From Candidatus Moanibacter sp. (GTDB lineage: Bacteria; Verrucomicrobiota; Verrucomicrobiia; Opitutales; UBA2987): a stretch of 51,461 nt of DNA. The position numbers and the translations under genes were made by a program. The stretch is taken from assembly GCA_965215885.1 (NCBI GenBank), contig CBDCEW010000044.1, positions 1-51,461 of the forward strand. Reading direction: 5' to 3'. Position 1 is the first letter of the stretch. Every line of letters begins with the position of its first letter. Below the pieces are notes generated by a model, which searched no databases, had not been told where the DNA came from, and worked only from the letters and a program-made list of their open reading frames with translations. Below are positions 9,783 through 19,745 of this stretch, piece by piece.

Positions 9783-10787
9783 TCAATTGAGATTTCCGGG
9801 TTTGATGAATTCCTTCTCCACAAGCCACTTCAGAGTGAGCTCAAGAACCTCTCGAGGGGATCGGAAATTTACCTTCAATTCTTTAATAGCTTTGGAATTA
9901 TCCATAAACCAATAACGTGCCGCATAGGGAATAACTGCCGAATCGATACCGAGCGACATGCCGAACACATCCTGGATGCGACCGAGTATTCGCACTACAA
10001 GATTGGGAACTGAATAGACGCCGTTACCCATTTCGAGAATCTCCAGGGTCAACTGTGCGAGCTCTTTCAGAGTTAGATTCCCCCCGCCCAGAATATACCT
10101 TTCTCCAACACGCCCCTTTTTAAAAGCGGCCAGTATCCCCGCAGCCACATCATCGACATGAGTTATACACGTTCCCCCATTGCAGACAAGGACCGGTCTG
10201 TTTCCAGAAAAACGAAGAAGCGTCTCGGCGGTAACCAGGTTCCAATCTTCCGGACCATAGACCTCAACCGGATTCACAATAACGACAGGCAATCCTCGAT
10301 TCACGTAACTGGCGCAGAGTTCCTCGGCCCGCCGCTTCCCATCCGCGTATAAATAGCGCCCGACGGGCAGATTGTAGTCGCTCGTCTCATCGAGAATACG
10401 AGGTTTCTCGGTGCCGTTAATGGCGACCGATGAGCTCACATGGACAGTCCGCACCTGGCTGTTTCCGGTAGCAGCGGCAAGTACATTCTCCGTTCCTTCC
10501 ACCACAACGCTATGTATATCGGGAGACTCAATGTCCTTCCAGGCCGAGATTGATGCCAGATGAATGACGCCTCGACATCCACGAATCGCCTCCTTGAGCA
10601 GTGCCCCGTCACGAATGTCTCCTTCGATGCGTTCGAAATCCAAATCATCGATACGACGGGTATCGCTAGAAGCCCGTAGCAGGCAGCGGACCGCATAACC
10701 CTCATTGAGCAATACCCGCAACACCCGTGAACCGATAAAGCCGTTACCACCGGTAAGGAAGACGATACCACTAGAGTTGCTCTGCAC
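9783..10787 (-). CDS. NAD-dependent epimerase/dehydratase (extended SDR, HpnA/dihydroflavonol-reductase-like)
   Basis: TGGNGFIG, IHLA, YADGK (YxxxK), VNPVEVYGP, HVDDVA. Confidence 0.88.
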   Translation of the reverse strand: MQSNSSGIVFLTGGNGFIGSRVLRVLLNEGYAVRCLLRASSDTRRIDDLDFERIEGDIRDGALLKEAIRGCRGVIHLASISAWKDIESPDIHSVVVEGTENVLAAATGNSQVRTVHVSSSVAINGTEKPRILDETSDYNLPVGRYLYADGKRRAEELCASYVNRGLPVVIVNPVEVYGPEDWNLVTAETLLRFSGNRPVLVCNGGTCITHVDDVAAGILAAFKKGRVGERYILGGGNLTLKELAQLTLEILEMGNGVYSVPNLVVRILGRIQDVFGMSLGIDSAVIPYAARYWFMDNSKAIKELKVNFRSPREVLELTLKWLVEKEFIKPGNLN

Positions 10788-10816
10788 TGCTGAGAGTCTG
10801 CTCGAAAAGGGAAAAT

Positions 10817-12238
10817 CTAGGAATCTCCCAGGTCTCGATAATAGGAATTAACCTTATCGGCTATGTCGCGGTAATCCACATCGACTGTGTAAATCTGTTT
10901 ATACTGGGAAAGGGCATCCTCACTCTTCCCCATACCCTCAAAACAAACGGCTAGTTCGTAGAGAATCTCCTTTTTCAGATCATCCCAAAGAGCGTGTTCA
11001 CTCTTCGCCTTGTTCAGCTGAACCACGGCGAGATCCAGTTTCATATCCATTCTGAAAGATCTGCCCAAATTCAAGAGGGCTCTCAAGCGAAGTTTGGGAC
11101 TATCGCTGACGATTTGAAACTGTTTCGCCACTTCCCGAAATTTCTCGTTCTGGAAGAGCAGCACACCGTATTCAAAGCAGAGATCCTGATCGTTAGGATA
11201 TTTCTCGACCAACTCCCTGGTCGTATTCGATTGATAGTATCTCAATTGTTCTTTCGCCTGATCCAATTCGTTCTTGAGTACGGCGTCATGCGGCGCCCGT
11301 TCGAGAGACTTCTCCTTTTCCGTAATGCGCTCGTGATATTGGCACAGTGTGAGTTCTATTTCGACTCGTTCAAGTGCAGGGTCGTTTAAACCGAGGGGAG
11401 TGTCTTGCGCTTTGCGCAACCAGTGAATGGCCTCGTCAAGTCGGCCCAATCGTTCATAAAGCCGGATAATTTCCCGATGTTGACTGATATTTCCCGGGTC
11501 ATCCTTAAGGCTCTGTTTCAGGCCCTCGAGACGGCGCATGAGGTGGGCATCATCATCAGTGATACGGCCACTCTCCTCTTGCCCGACACCCGCCTTCCCA
11601 CCCTGTGATTCGGAACGGTAATCGCCCCCGACATCCCATCCACCCTTGTTAATGGATTGAGAGACCGAAGCGTTCTTGATCAGCTCCTGCGCTTCTCCAT
11701 TGGCAGGGTCTCTTCTGAGAACGGATTCGCCCACTCTTATCGCTTCCTCGGCTCGATTCAATTTCATATACCCCTGCCCCAGGGCAAGAAGATTAGCTAT
11801 ACTGTTGGGTTCGTGAATGCGGATCGTTTCCAACGCGAATACCATGGTTTCCCTTAACCCCATCGCCTCAGACGCTTGAGCCAGGATACCTAACGCTATC
11901 GTATCTGCCGGATTCTCGGTGAGCAACCTATCGGCGGATTCAATAACCTTCCTCGGATCCTTTCGAATCAACGGGCGACACTTCAGCAGGAATGGGACGG
12001 TTCTCATGCGGGAAAAAATCCCAGGCATACTCCTACCTTTCCCCCTGGTGGATTGGAGTTGGGCTTTACGGAGAACCCGCCTTACTTCGAGGCATTCCGG
12101 ATGTCGTTTGAGAACACTGCCGCAAATGTCCACGGCGTAGTCCAAGTTCCCATTTTCGATCGCCTTTATCGCCTTCTCGACATGCTTCTGTAAACGGTCG
12201 TCGAGAGTTGCAAGACCAACTTCAGCCATTTGCATCAT
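10817..12238 (-). CDS. Tetratricopeptide repeat protein
   Basis: Multiple TPR-like helical repeats; C-terminal YKQIYTVDVDYRDI. Confidence 0.8.
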   Translation of the reverse strand: MMQMAEVGLATLDDRLQKHVEKAIKAIENGNLDYAVDICGSVLKRHPECLEVRRVLRKAQLQSTRGKGRSMPGIFSRMRTVPFLLKCRPLIRKDPRKVIESADRLLTENPADTIALGILAQASEAMGLRETMVFALETIRIHEPNSIANLLALGQGYMKLNRAEEAIRVGESVLRRDPANGEAQELIKNASVSQSINKGGWDVGGDYRSESQGGKAGVGQEESGRITDDDAHLMRRLEGLKQSLKDDPGNISQHREIIRLYERLGRLDEAIHWLRKAQDTPLGLNDPALERVEIELTLCQYHERITEKEKSLERAPHDAVLKNELDQAKEQLRYYQSNTTRELVEKYPNDQDLCFEYGVLLFQNEKFREVAKQFQIVSDSPKLRLRALLNLGRSFRMDMKLDLAVVQLNKAKSEHALWDDLKKEILYELAVCFEGMGKSEDALSQYKQIYTVDVDYRDIADKVNSYYRDLGDS

Positions 12239-12385
12239 TGGAGGACACTCCCAATTATCCTACTATCCGTCCCGCTCACCTGAAATACGAGGAATCTAAA
12301 GAATCTGACCCTAGGGGATCGGTTGTCGTCCTACGAGGTATTTCTTGGATTCCTCTACGACTACGACCCTCGAGTGGATACCCAG

Positions 12386-13735
12386 CTATATCAACGTCAA
12401 GTTACGAGCAACGGCATCTTTGAGCTGCGCCATGCACCTTTTTACCCATTCCGCGTTCTCCCCTTCGACAAGCAGCCGAATGAGCGGCTCAGTACCCGAA
12501 TATCGCACCAGGATCCGCCCTCGCCCGGTGTGTGAACCCTCCAGACGTTCGATTTCGTTTCTCAAATCCGGCAAATCCTGCATTGGAATCTTCTCGGAGA
12601 CTCTCAGATCACACTTCAAAAGTGGAAAGAGTTCGATACACCGGCGCAATTGAGAGAGCGACTTTCCACTCTCCTTCATGATTTCAATGATCTTGAGGAT
12701 CGCAATCAAGCCGTCCCCGGAGGGTGAGTGATCACCAAAAATGATGTGTCCGGAAGCCTCGCCGCCAATATTGTAACCAGACTCGTTCATCATTGCCGCC
12801 ACGTTACGGTCTCCCACAGGCACCCGTTCCACTCTCCCACCCGACCTTTTCAGGGCCTGGTCTAAGCCGAGATTGCTCATGACCGTGGCAACTAAGGTTC
12901 TATTCTTTAGAAAGCCCTTACGGAGGGCTGCCAATCCAATAATTGCCAAAACCTCATCGCCATTCAAAATCGAACCGGTTTCATCACAGAAGACGACCCG
13001 GTCACCATCACCATCATGGGCGATTCCAAGCCGTGCATGCTCCCGTCTTACTCTTTCAGCCATGACTTTCGGATGCTCGCTCCCGACTCCCCGGTTTACC
13101 TGCTTTCCATCCATAGAGTCGCCGATCTGTATCACTTCGGCTCCCAGCTCGGAAAGGAATCGTGGAGTCGTATTCACGGTGGCACCGTTGGCAGTGTCGG
13201 CCACTATCTTCCAATTCCGAAGATTGATCGAGGAAAAGAGAGGACGCAAAATATCGAGGTAGCTCTGTGCCCCGTCACAATCCAGCAACTCTCCTTCAAA
13301 TCCGGCCAAAGTATCGGTCCACTGATTCTCTAACATACGCTCGATCCATCGCTCCGCATCGTCGTCAAGCTTCATTCCCGCGGCATCGAAGAACTTAATG
13401 CCGTTGTCTTCAGCCGGATTATGAGAAGCCGTAATCATTGCAGCCAAATCGGCCCTGGAGTCTCGGCAGACGACTGAGACACCAGGTGTCGGAAGGATTC
13501 CCAGACTCACGATCTTTACACGTCTACTTCCAAGTCCGGCAAAGAGGGCGTCTTCCAGAACTCTGCCGGATTCCCGGTTGTCGCGACCCACCAGCACCTC
13601 GTGGGGCCCCTGTGGTCTTTCTCTGTCGAGATAGAGTCTAACCGCTCGCCCAAGGCGACGGAAAAAGCCTGGATTAATCACTTCGTCACCGAAGGTTCCG
13701 CGGATCCCATCGGTGCCAAAGATCCCTTTACTCAT
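12386..13735 (-). CDS. glmM: Phosphoglucosamine mutase
   Basis: FGTDGIRG, TASHNP, DGDGDR, GGEASGH, VRYSGTEP. ATGA overlap with the trpD stop. Confidence 0.95.
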   Translation of the reverse strand: MSKGIFGTDGIRGTFGDEVINPGFFRRLGRAVRLYLDRERPQGPHEVLVGRDNRESGRVLEDALFAGLGSRRVKIVSLGILPTPGVSVVCRDSRADLAAMITASHNPAEDNGIKFFDAAGMKLDDDAERWIERMLENQWTDTLAGFEGELLDCDGAQSYLDILRPLFSSINLRNWKIVADTANGATVNTTPRFLSELGAEVIQIGDSMDGKQVNRGVGSEHPKVMAERVRREHARLGIAHDGDGDRVVFCDETGSILNGDEVLAIIGLAALRKGFLKNRTLVATVMSNLGLDQALKRSGGRVERVPVGDRNVAAMMNESGYNIGGEASGHIIFGDHSPSGDGLIAILKIIEIMKESGKSLSQLRRCIELFPLLKCDLRVSEKIPMQDLPDLRNEIERLEGSHTGRGRILVRYSGTEPLIRLLVEGENAEWVKRCMAQLKDAVARNLTLI

Positions 13736-14766
13736 CCAGCGTAAAACCGCTGCGCCTTCCGCAGCCACTCCTTCACTCCGCCTCCAAGAAGGAGATCGCG
13801 GGCGCGCTCAACGCCGTCTGAAACCCCGCAGACGTGAAAAGCTGCGGCGGCGTTGAAGAGGACGCTGTCAATCAGACCCGACGGAGCCTTTCCCGTGAAA
13901 ATGGATTCGAGGATCGAAACGTTCTCTTCGATGGACCCTCCCGCGAGCTCCTTCGGATCGCAGCGGGCTAGACCATATTTCTCAGGAGTCCAGATTTCCG
14001 CGAGTCCGGAAAGTTCCCCACAACCGGCGACGCGATTATCCCCGGCACAGGATAATTCATCGAGACCTCCGTTATCAGGAAGGCGACCATGAACGACTAT
14101 TCCTCGCTTGACGCCCAATGCCTGGAGAGTTTCCGCCATCGGCTCAACCCACTCCTCCGAATAAACCCCCAGCAACTGCCGCCCAGGTGAAGCCGGATTG
14201 ATGAGGGGCCCGAGAATATTGAATATTGACCGCCTTCCCACCGCAGCCAATTCCTTACGTACCGGCATGATTTCCTTGAACGCCGGATGAAACGCCGGGG
14301 CAAAGAAAAAGCAGAAATTCAACTCGTCCACCGACCGCCTCAGCTCTTCCGTATCAGTTTCGATACTTATGCCGAGGGCCTCGAGCAGATCGGCACTCCC
14401 ACTCTTTGAAGTAATGGAGCGATTCCCATGTTTGAACACCGAAATTCCCGACGCCGCCAGCACGAACGAGACAGTCGTGGAGATATTAAAGGTGCCCGAG
14501 TGATCGCCTCCCGTCCCGGCGAGGTCAATGGCATCTTCCGCCAACGCGCCCAAACCCGTATCGCGCGCTAATTCCCGAAATACGGAAGCGAAGGCGGTCA
14601 CTTCCATCGGCTTCTCACCCTTGTTCGCCAAAGCGACAAGGAACTCTTTTTTCACCTTGTTATCCGCCTCTGAGGAAGCCAGAGTGCGGGCTGCAATTTC
14701 AGCCTGGTTGCGGGACAGATCCTCACCGTCCTCTATCTGCCGGGTTAGCGATTGGAGCGAATTCAT
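13732..14766 (-). CDS. trpD: Anthranilate phosphoribosyltransferase
   Basis: GTGGD, FNIST, KHGNRSITSKSGSAD, FNILGPLINP, LDE. Confidence 0.95.
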   Translation of the reverse strand: MNSLQSLTRQIEDGEDLSRNQAEIAARTLASSEADNKVKKEFLVALANKGEKPMEVTAFASVFRELARDTGLGALAEDAIDLAGTGGDHSGTFNISTTVSFVLAASGISVFKHGNRSITSKSGSADLLEALGISIETDTEELRRSVDELNFCFFFAPAFHPAFKEIMPVRKELAAVGRRSIFNILGPLINPASPGRQLLGVYSEEWVEPMAETLQALGVKRGIVVHGRLPDNGGLDELSCAGDNRVAGCGELSGLAEIWTPEKYGLARCDPKELAGGSIEENVSILESIFTGKAPSGLIDSVLFNAAAAFHVCGVSDGVERARDLLLGGGVKEWLRKAQRFYAG

Positions 14767-14785
14767 GGATAAATGCGAAAGCGGA

Positions 14786-15934
14786 TTGAACACAATTCTT
14801 TTCCGCATTTCCAGCCTTTCCTGCTCCCGGGAGGGTAGAAAGTCTGATTTTCAGCAGAATCGCGGCAGGAGTTTCTCCCAAATCCTTCTCTACATTTTCA
14901 TCGTCGTCGCCACTCTCGCCGGCAATCGCGTTAGTGAAGCGAACCCTCCTCCAAGTGCCGGAAATACTAACCTGCAAGACGCCAAGGTTCACCAAAGCGA
15001 GGAAAACCAATTCGCGCTCACTCTTACAGATGCCGTCGTACTCGGTCTGGTGGAGGGACTCACCGAATTTCTACCTATTTCATCCACCGGCCACCTGATT
15101 CTGGCCGACTCATTATTGGGCTTGAGCAGGCAGTCTTCACCCTACGGCAAATCCGATCAGGAGCCTTCGGAGAGCACTGTATCGATCCGTGCCACGGATG
15201 AGGCACCCCTGACCGTCAAGAATGCCATTAATGCGTATATCATTATTATTCAAATCGGTGCAATTGCCTCCGTAGGGGTGTTGTATTGGTCGAAGCTGTT
15301 GTCGATTCTTCGTGGTATCCTCGGCCGGGACCGTTCAGGTCTCCTCCTGGGACGCAATCTCGCACTGGCGTTCCTACCGGCCGCTCTTCTCGGTCTTGCC
15401 TTTGGGGAAATCATCGAAGCCTGGCTCTTCAATCACTGGTGCGTAACATTTGCCCTCTTTGCCGGGGCTATTTTGATGCTGATTCTCGAATACCGAAGAG
15501 GGCGTCAATTGCACGACAGGGGAGATATCCCGCGAGACGAGGAACTGGACCTTCCCGATATGACCCCGAAGCAGTCGATCTTCATAGGTCTATGCCAATG
15601 CGTAGCAATGTGGCCCGGTACCAGCAGATCGATGATGGTTATAGTCGGCGGCTACCTCGTCGGTTTGAACCCACGGCGGGCGGCAGAGTTCAGCTTTCTA
15701 CTCGGCCTAATCACCCTTTCCGCCGCCGCACTCTACAAAGGCTACAAGGCGGGCCCCGGCTTGCTGGCGGTATTCGGTTGGGCTCCCATGTTGCTGGGCT
15801 GTACCGTGGCCGCTTTTACCGCGGCCCTGGCGGTTAAGTGGATGATCGGATATCTTACACGTCATGGTTTGGCCCTTTTCGCCTATTATCGCATCCTCCT
15901 CGCTATCGCTCTTTTGCTTCTGAACCCATTCTAG
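14786..15934 (+). CDS. uppP: Undecaprenyl-diphosphatase (BacA family) with N-terminal extension
   Basis: VEGLTEFLPISSTGH, IQIGA, PGTSRS, AAEFSFLL, FAYYR. Start codon uncertain. Confidence 0.88.
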   Translation: MNTILFRISSLSCSREGRKSDFQQNRGRSFSQILLYIFIVVATLAGNRVSEANPPPSAGNTNLQDAKVHQSEENQFALTLTDAVVLGLVEGLTEFLPISSTGHLILADSLLGLSRQSSPYGKSDQEPSESTVSIRATDEAPLTVKNAINAYIIIIQIGAIASVGVLYWSKLLSILRGILGRDRSGLLLGRNLALAFLPAALLGLAFGEIIEAWLFNHWCVTFALFAGAILMLILEYRRGRQLHDRGDIPRDEELDLPDMTPKQSIFIGLCQCVAMWPGTSRSMMVIVGGYLVGLNPRRAAEFSFLLGLITLSAAALYKGYKAGPGLLAVFGWAPMLLGCTVAAFTAALAVKWMIGYLTRHGLALFAYYRILLAIALLLLNPF

Positions 15935-16030
15935 GAATCGGTCGGACTTAGGTTTCTTGCCACACCTATGGTGAGGATTTCTTGGTGGTAGATCGACATC
16001 CCGACGCAGACGAGACCGACAGATTCCTTG
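15931..16030. mobile_element. MITE-like family B element (~100 bp)
   Basis: Ends CTAGGAATCGGTCGG ... CCGACAGATTCCTTG. A homologous full copy lies at 42252-42350. The left TAG is the uppP stop. Confidence 0.7.
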
Positions 16031-16042
16031 GAAATTGAATAC

Positions 16043-16070
16043 TTGACGCGCGAACCCTCCATCCTAAAGT
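16043..16070 (+). promoter_or_regulatory. Candidate sigma70 promoter of the rpmF-plsX operon
   Basis: TTGACG-16 nt-TAAAGT upstream of rpmF, which has an AGAGGAG RBS. Confidence 0.35.
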
Positions 16071-16131
16071 ATCCATTGATTTGGCGATTTTCGGCCATTA
16101 ACAAACCTGGTTCTGGTAGAGGAGTCTTTGC

Positions 16132-16311
16132 ATGGCAGTTCCCAAGAGAAAGCATTCCAAACAGCGAAGCCGTAAGCGCCGTGGAGCGAACCGCTTCCGG
16201 GCGCCACAGCTCTCCAAGGACGCCACCGATGGGACACTGTTTCGTCCCCACCGGGTCAATCCGGCCAATGGGATGTACCGGGGTCGCCAGGTATTGGACC
16301 TGGAACTGTAA
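16132..16311 (+). CDS. rpmF: 50S ribosomal protein L32 (Cys-free variant)
   Basis: Manual translation MAVPKRKHSKQRSRKRRGAN...PHRVNPANGMYRGRQVL, 59 aa (below the ORF-track cutoff). Canonical position before plsX. Confidence 0.95.
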   Translation: MAVPKRKHSKQRSRKRRGANRFRAPQLSKDATDGTLFRPHRVNPANGMYRGRQVLDLEL

Positions 16312-16373
16312 GTCCGTTAATCAGGTCCTTAAATTCGAACGCTGGATTCAGCGGCGGGGATAAGGAAAGCAAT

Positions 16374-17432
16374 ATGGCCCTCGGTAGTATCGCGGTTGAC
16401 GCTATGGGCGGTGATTTGGGCACCGCCGAGGTTGTTCGTGGTGTCGCTCTCGCCCTTGAGGAAATCGACGATCTGGAGAGAATCGTACTGGTTGGTAAAG
16501 AGCGCCTACTTGAGAGATTGGTGAAAGTAGCCGGTCTCGCGGACGAATCCAAATTGAGTATCTACCCGGCTTCTCAGGTGATCGATATGGACGAAAAGCC
16601 GATACAGAGCCTTAAGAGGAAGAAGGATTCCTCGTTGGTACGAGCCATCGAACTGGTCAAGGAGGGAACCTGTCAGGCAATCGTGAGCTGCGGAAACACC
16701 GGCAGCCTCATGGCCGGATCAACCATTCGATTGCGGCCTCTGCCCGGTATTGAGCGTCCCGCGCTCGCCACCGCAATGCCCAGCAAATCCGAGTATTTCG
16801 TCGTAATCGATGCGGGAGCAAATACCTCGGCTCGCCCGAACCAATTGGTCCACTACGCAATTCTTGGCGGCCACTATGCCCGCGTCCGCCTGGGCATCTC
16901 CAAACCTCGAATCGGATTGCTCAGCAATGGAACCGAGGAGGGGAAAGGAAACGATCTCACCATCGCCGCGCACAAGCTGCTCAAGGAAGTGGGATCAATT
17001 ATCAACTACGAGGGATTGGTGGAAGGTCTCGACGTTTTCAGCAACCGGGCCGATGTAATCGTCTGCGATGGGTTTACTGGAAATGTCATGCTGAAATCCT
17101 GTGAATCACTGTTTCTTTCTATGAGGGACTTTCTCAAAGAGGAGATAAATAAGAACCCCATTCGCTTAACCGGTTCACTCCTTTCGCAAGGTGCCTTTCG
17201 AGGTCTGAAAGACCAGCTCAGCCCTGACCGCTACGGTGGAGCTCCCCTCCTCGGCTTACGGGGCCATGTCGTAAAAGCCCATGGTTCGAGCAATAAGTAT
17301 GCCTTTTTGAACGCTATCCGAGTCGCTACAAAGATCGTCGTCAACCAAATGAACTCTTCCGCATTAGCCGATATTGAGAAGGCGAACGAATTGATACAGG
17401 AACCGGAATTGAACCCCATACCGGCCGGCTGA
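16374..17432 (+). CDS. plsX: Phosphate acyltransferase
   Basis: IAVDAMGGD, GNTG, DAGAN, NGTEEGKG, CDGFTGN, KAHGSS. Confidence 0.96.
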   Translation: MALGSIAVDAMGGDLGTAEVVRGVALALEEIDDLERIVLVGKERLLERLVKVAGLADESKLSIYPASQVIDMDEKPIQSLKRKKDSSLVRAIELVKEGTCQAIVSCGNTGSLMAGSTIRLRPLPGIERPALATAMPSKSEYFVVIDAGANTSARPNQLVHYAILGGHYARVRLGISKPRIGLLSNGTEEGKGNDLTIAAHKLLKEVGSIINYEGLVEGLDVFSNRADVIVCDGFTGNVMLKSCESLFLSMRDFLKEEINKNPIRLTGSLLSQGAFRGLKDQLSPDRYGGAPLLGLRGHVVKAHGSSNKYAFLNAIRVATKIVVNQMNSSALADIEKANELIQEPELNPIPAG

Positions 17433-17541
17433 CGTAGCCGCGTTGCGCCTTGACGACCATGGGTATCTGTGCCTACTTGAACGCTCACCAGGATTCGGTG
17501 GAACCGAATATCAGAATCTTTTTGTCTTTCTTTTCGACGAG

Positions 17542-18543
17542 ATGATAAAAGCGGCGAATTCTTCGATCATTATTAAGGGGATCGGTACCTATGCGCCACC
17601 CAGGATCCTCTCGAATGCGGATCTTTCGAAACGTGTCGACACTTCAGATGAGTGGATTCAAACCCGTACCGGGATACGCGAACGACGAATCGCCGAAAAT
17701 GGAGAGAATTGTTCAGACATGGCGGCAAATGCGGCGAGAAAAGCGATTCATCATGCGGGAATCCCCAGCGATGAGATTGATCTCCTCATAGTCGCCACCA
17801 TGACCCCGGACATGCTATTTCCCTCTACCGCATGTCTGGTTCAGACCAAACTAGGCTTGCGAAAAATCCCTTGTTTCGACGTGGAAGCGGCATGTTCGGG
17901 ATTTCTCTACGTTCTCGATATTGCACACCATATGCTCAGATCCGGTAATTTTCGCTACGCGCTCATAATTGGTTCGGAAAAACTTTCGAGCATCCTTGAC
18001 TGGAATGACCGCTCGACGTGTGTCCTCTTTGGCGATGGCGCCGGCGCAGTCGTCCTGGGAAGACATGATGTACCGGGGGTCGGTATCCTCGCTACTAAAA
18101 TGGCGGCCGACGGCTCGGAGGCGGACATCCTCAATATGCCGGGCGGCGGCAGCACCGAACCGGCTACCGTGCAAACAATTGACGATCGAAAGCACTACCT
18201 TAAGATGATGGGCCGAGAGGTTTACAAAATTGCGGTTCGAGTAATGGAGCAGAGCGCCCTGTCAATTCTCGAGGAATATAGTCTCGGTCCCGACGATGTG
18301 TCCTGCGTAATCGCCCATCAGGCAAATATTCGAATCATCGAGAAACTCTCCAATAGGCTCGGGATATCCATGGAGAAATTCCCAATCAATCTTGACCGAT
18401 ACGGAAACACCTCCGCCGCGTCGATTCCACTGGTCCTCGAGGAAGCCCTCGACAACGGCCAGATCAACAGTGGTGATTATGTCCTCTCGATCGCTTTCGG
18501 AGCAGGCCTGACCTGGGCTTCCTCTCTGATCAAATGGCATTGA
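17542..18543 (+). CDS. fabH: Beta-ketoacyl-ACP synthase III
   Basis: DTSDEWI, AACSGF, FGDGAGA, HQAN, GNTSAAS, FGAGLTW. Confidence 0.96.
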   Translation: MIKAANSSIIIKGIGTYAPPRILSNADLSKRVDTSDEWIQTRTGIRERRIAENGENCSDMAANAARKAIHHAGIPSDEIDLLIVATMTPDMLFPSTACLVQTKLGLRKIPCFDVEAACSGFLYVLDIAHHMLRSGNFRYALIIGSEKLSSILDWNDRSTCVLFGDGAGAVVLGRHDVPGVGILATKMAADGSEADILNMPGGGSTEPATVQTIDDRKHYLKMMGREVYKIAVRVMEQSALSILEEYSLGPDDVSCVIAHQANIRIIEKLSNRLGISMEKFPINLDRYGNTSAASIPLVLEEALDNGQINSGDYVLSIAFGAGLTWASSLIKWH

Positions 18544-19745
18544 GACATATCCTGATCTCACTCCTCGCGATTGCCATGGTGAACGGCGTCGCAGTGGAGG
18601 GTGCCCTGCCTTTCTTTGGATCGAAAAAGAAAAGACAGCAGAGGGATCCTATAAGTGTCCAGAATGCAAAGGCGGAAGAGCTCATGGAGCTTGCCCAAGC
18701 CGCTGTAGCAAAAAATAATCGGAAAACTGCTCTTCGATATTTTAAGACAATATCTAAGAAATATCCAAATTCCCGATATGCCCCGCACGCTCTCTATGAG
18801 GCCTCCCAGATCTACATCGAAATACGCAAATGGAAGAAGGCTTTTGAGGGCTACTACTTCATTACGCGGGGCTATCCGAACTTCGAAAAATTCAATACCG
18901 TTCTGAACGAGGAGTTCGAAATCGCTTCGGCCCTTATGGACAAAAAGAGCTCACGCTACTTTTTTGTCATACCCTATCGCAATTATGATTCCGCGGTTCA
19001 ATTTTTTGAGACCATCGTTGCCAGCGCTCCCTATAGTGAATATGCGCCGCTCTCATTAATGAATATCGCAATAATTCAGAACAAACGCGGCAACAGGATA
19101 TTCGCGGTAGATGCCCTCGACCGCCTCATTAATTCCTATCCCAGAAGCATGCTTGCTCCTGATGCCTACCTCGAACTGGCAGAGACCTTCTCGTCAATGG
19201 TCGATGGTCCGCGTTATGACCAGGGGGCTACCCGAGAAGCGATACGATATTACGAAGACTTTCTCATACTCTATCCGGATAGCCCGGAAGTCGCAATCGG
19301 AGAAACCGGCCTCAGTGAAATGCAGGATGTATTTGCCAGGAGCAAACTGGAAATGGGAGAGTTTTATTACAAGAAGCGTCGCAATTACAGGGCAGCCGAA
19401 GTCTTCTTTAATGAGGCGATTACAGTCGCGCCAAACTCGCCCTCGGCCAACAAAGCTCGGGATTATCTCGCTGTAATCGAGACCATACCGGAGGAGATGA
19501 GAATAGCCAAAGCCTCCCGTCAACGACGTCCCAGGAAAACGCGTCGCGGTTTAATGTTCTGGAAGAAAAAGCAGATACCGGAAGCGGAGATCGAGGTAGC
19601 CCAGAACGATTCTCCTTCCCCGCCTCCTCCAACTCAAACTGTCGAGGTTGAAAAGGAATCGAAGAAGGAGCGTACAAGATTCGCCAGGAAATTGATATTC
19701 TGGAGAAAAAACCGCGCACCGGAAGGGCCCAACTCAGATAATTGA
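18534..19745 (+). CDS. bamD: Outer membrane assembly factor BamD-like TPR protein
   Basis: Signal-like N-terminus, TPRs, YDQGATREAI..F...YP.S, GEFYYK; precedes an LptE-like gene. Confidence 0.75.
   Translation: MALRHILISLLAIAMVNGVAVEGALPFFGSKKKRQQRDPISVQNAKAEELMELAQAAVAKNNRKTALRYFKTISKKYPNSRYAPHALYEASQIYIEIRKWKKAFEGYYFITRGYPNFEKFNTVLNEEFEIASALMDKKSSRYFFVIPYRNYDSAVQFFETIVASAPYSEYAPLSLMNIAIIQNKRGNRIFAVDALDRLINSYPRSMLAPDAYLELAETFSSMVDGPRYDQGATREAIRYYEDFLILYPDSPEVAIGETGLSEMQDVFARSKLEMGEFYYKKRRNYRAAEVFFNEAITVAPNSPSANKARDYLAVIETIPEEMRIAKASRQRRPRKTRRGLMFWKKKQIPEAEIEVAQNDSPSPPPPTQTVEVEKESKKERTRFARKLIFWRKNRAPEGPNSDN

Noticed and set aside
10817..10826. Family B end at the TPR gene stop (CTAGGAATCT)
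   Set aside because: It is a 10-bp match pointing into the coding sequence, with no GTCGG continuation.
16028..16363. 111-aa ORF
   Set aside because: It overlaps rpmF in another frame.
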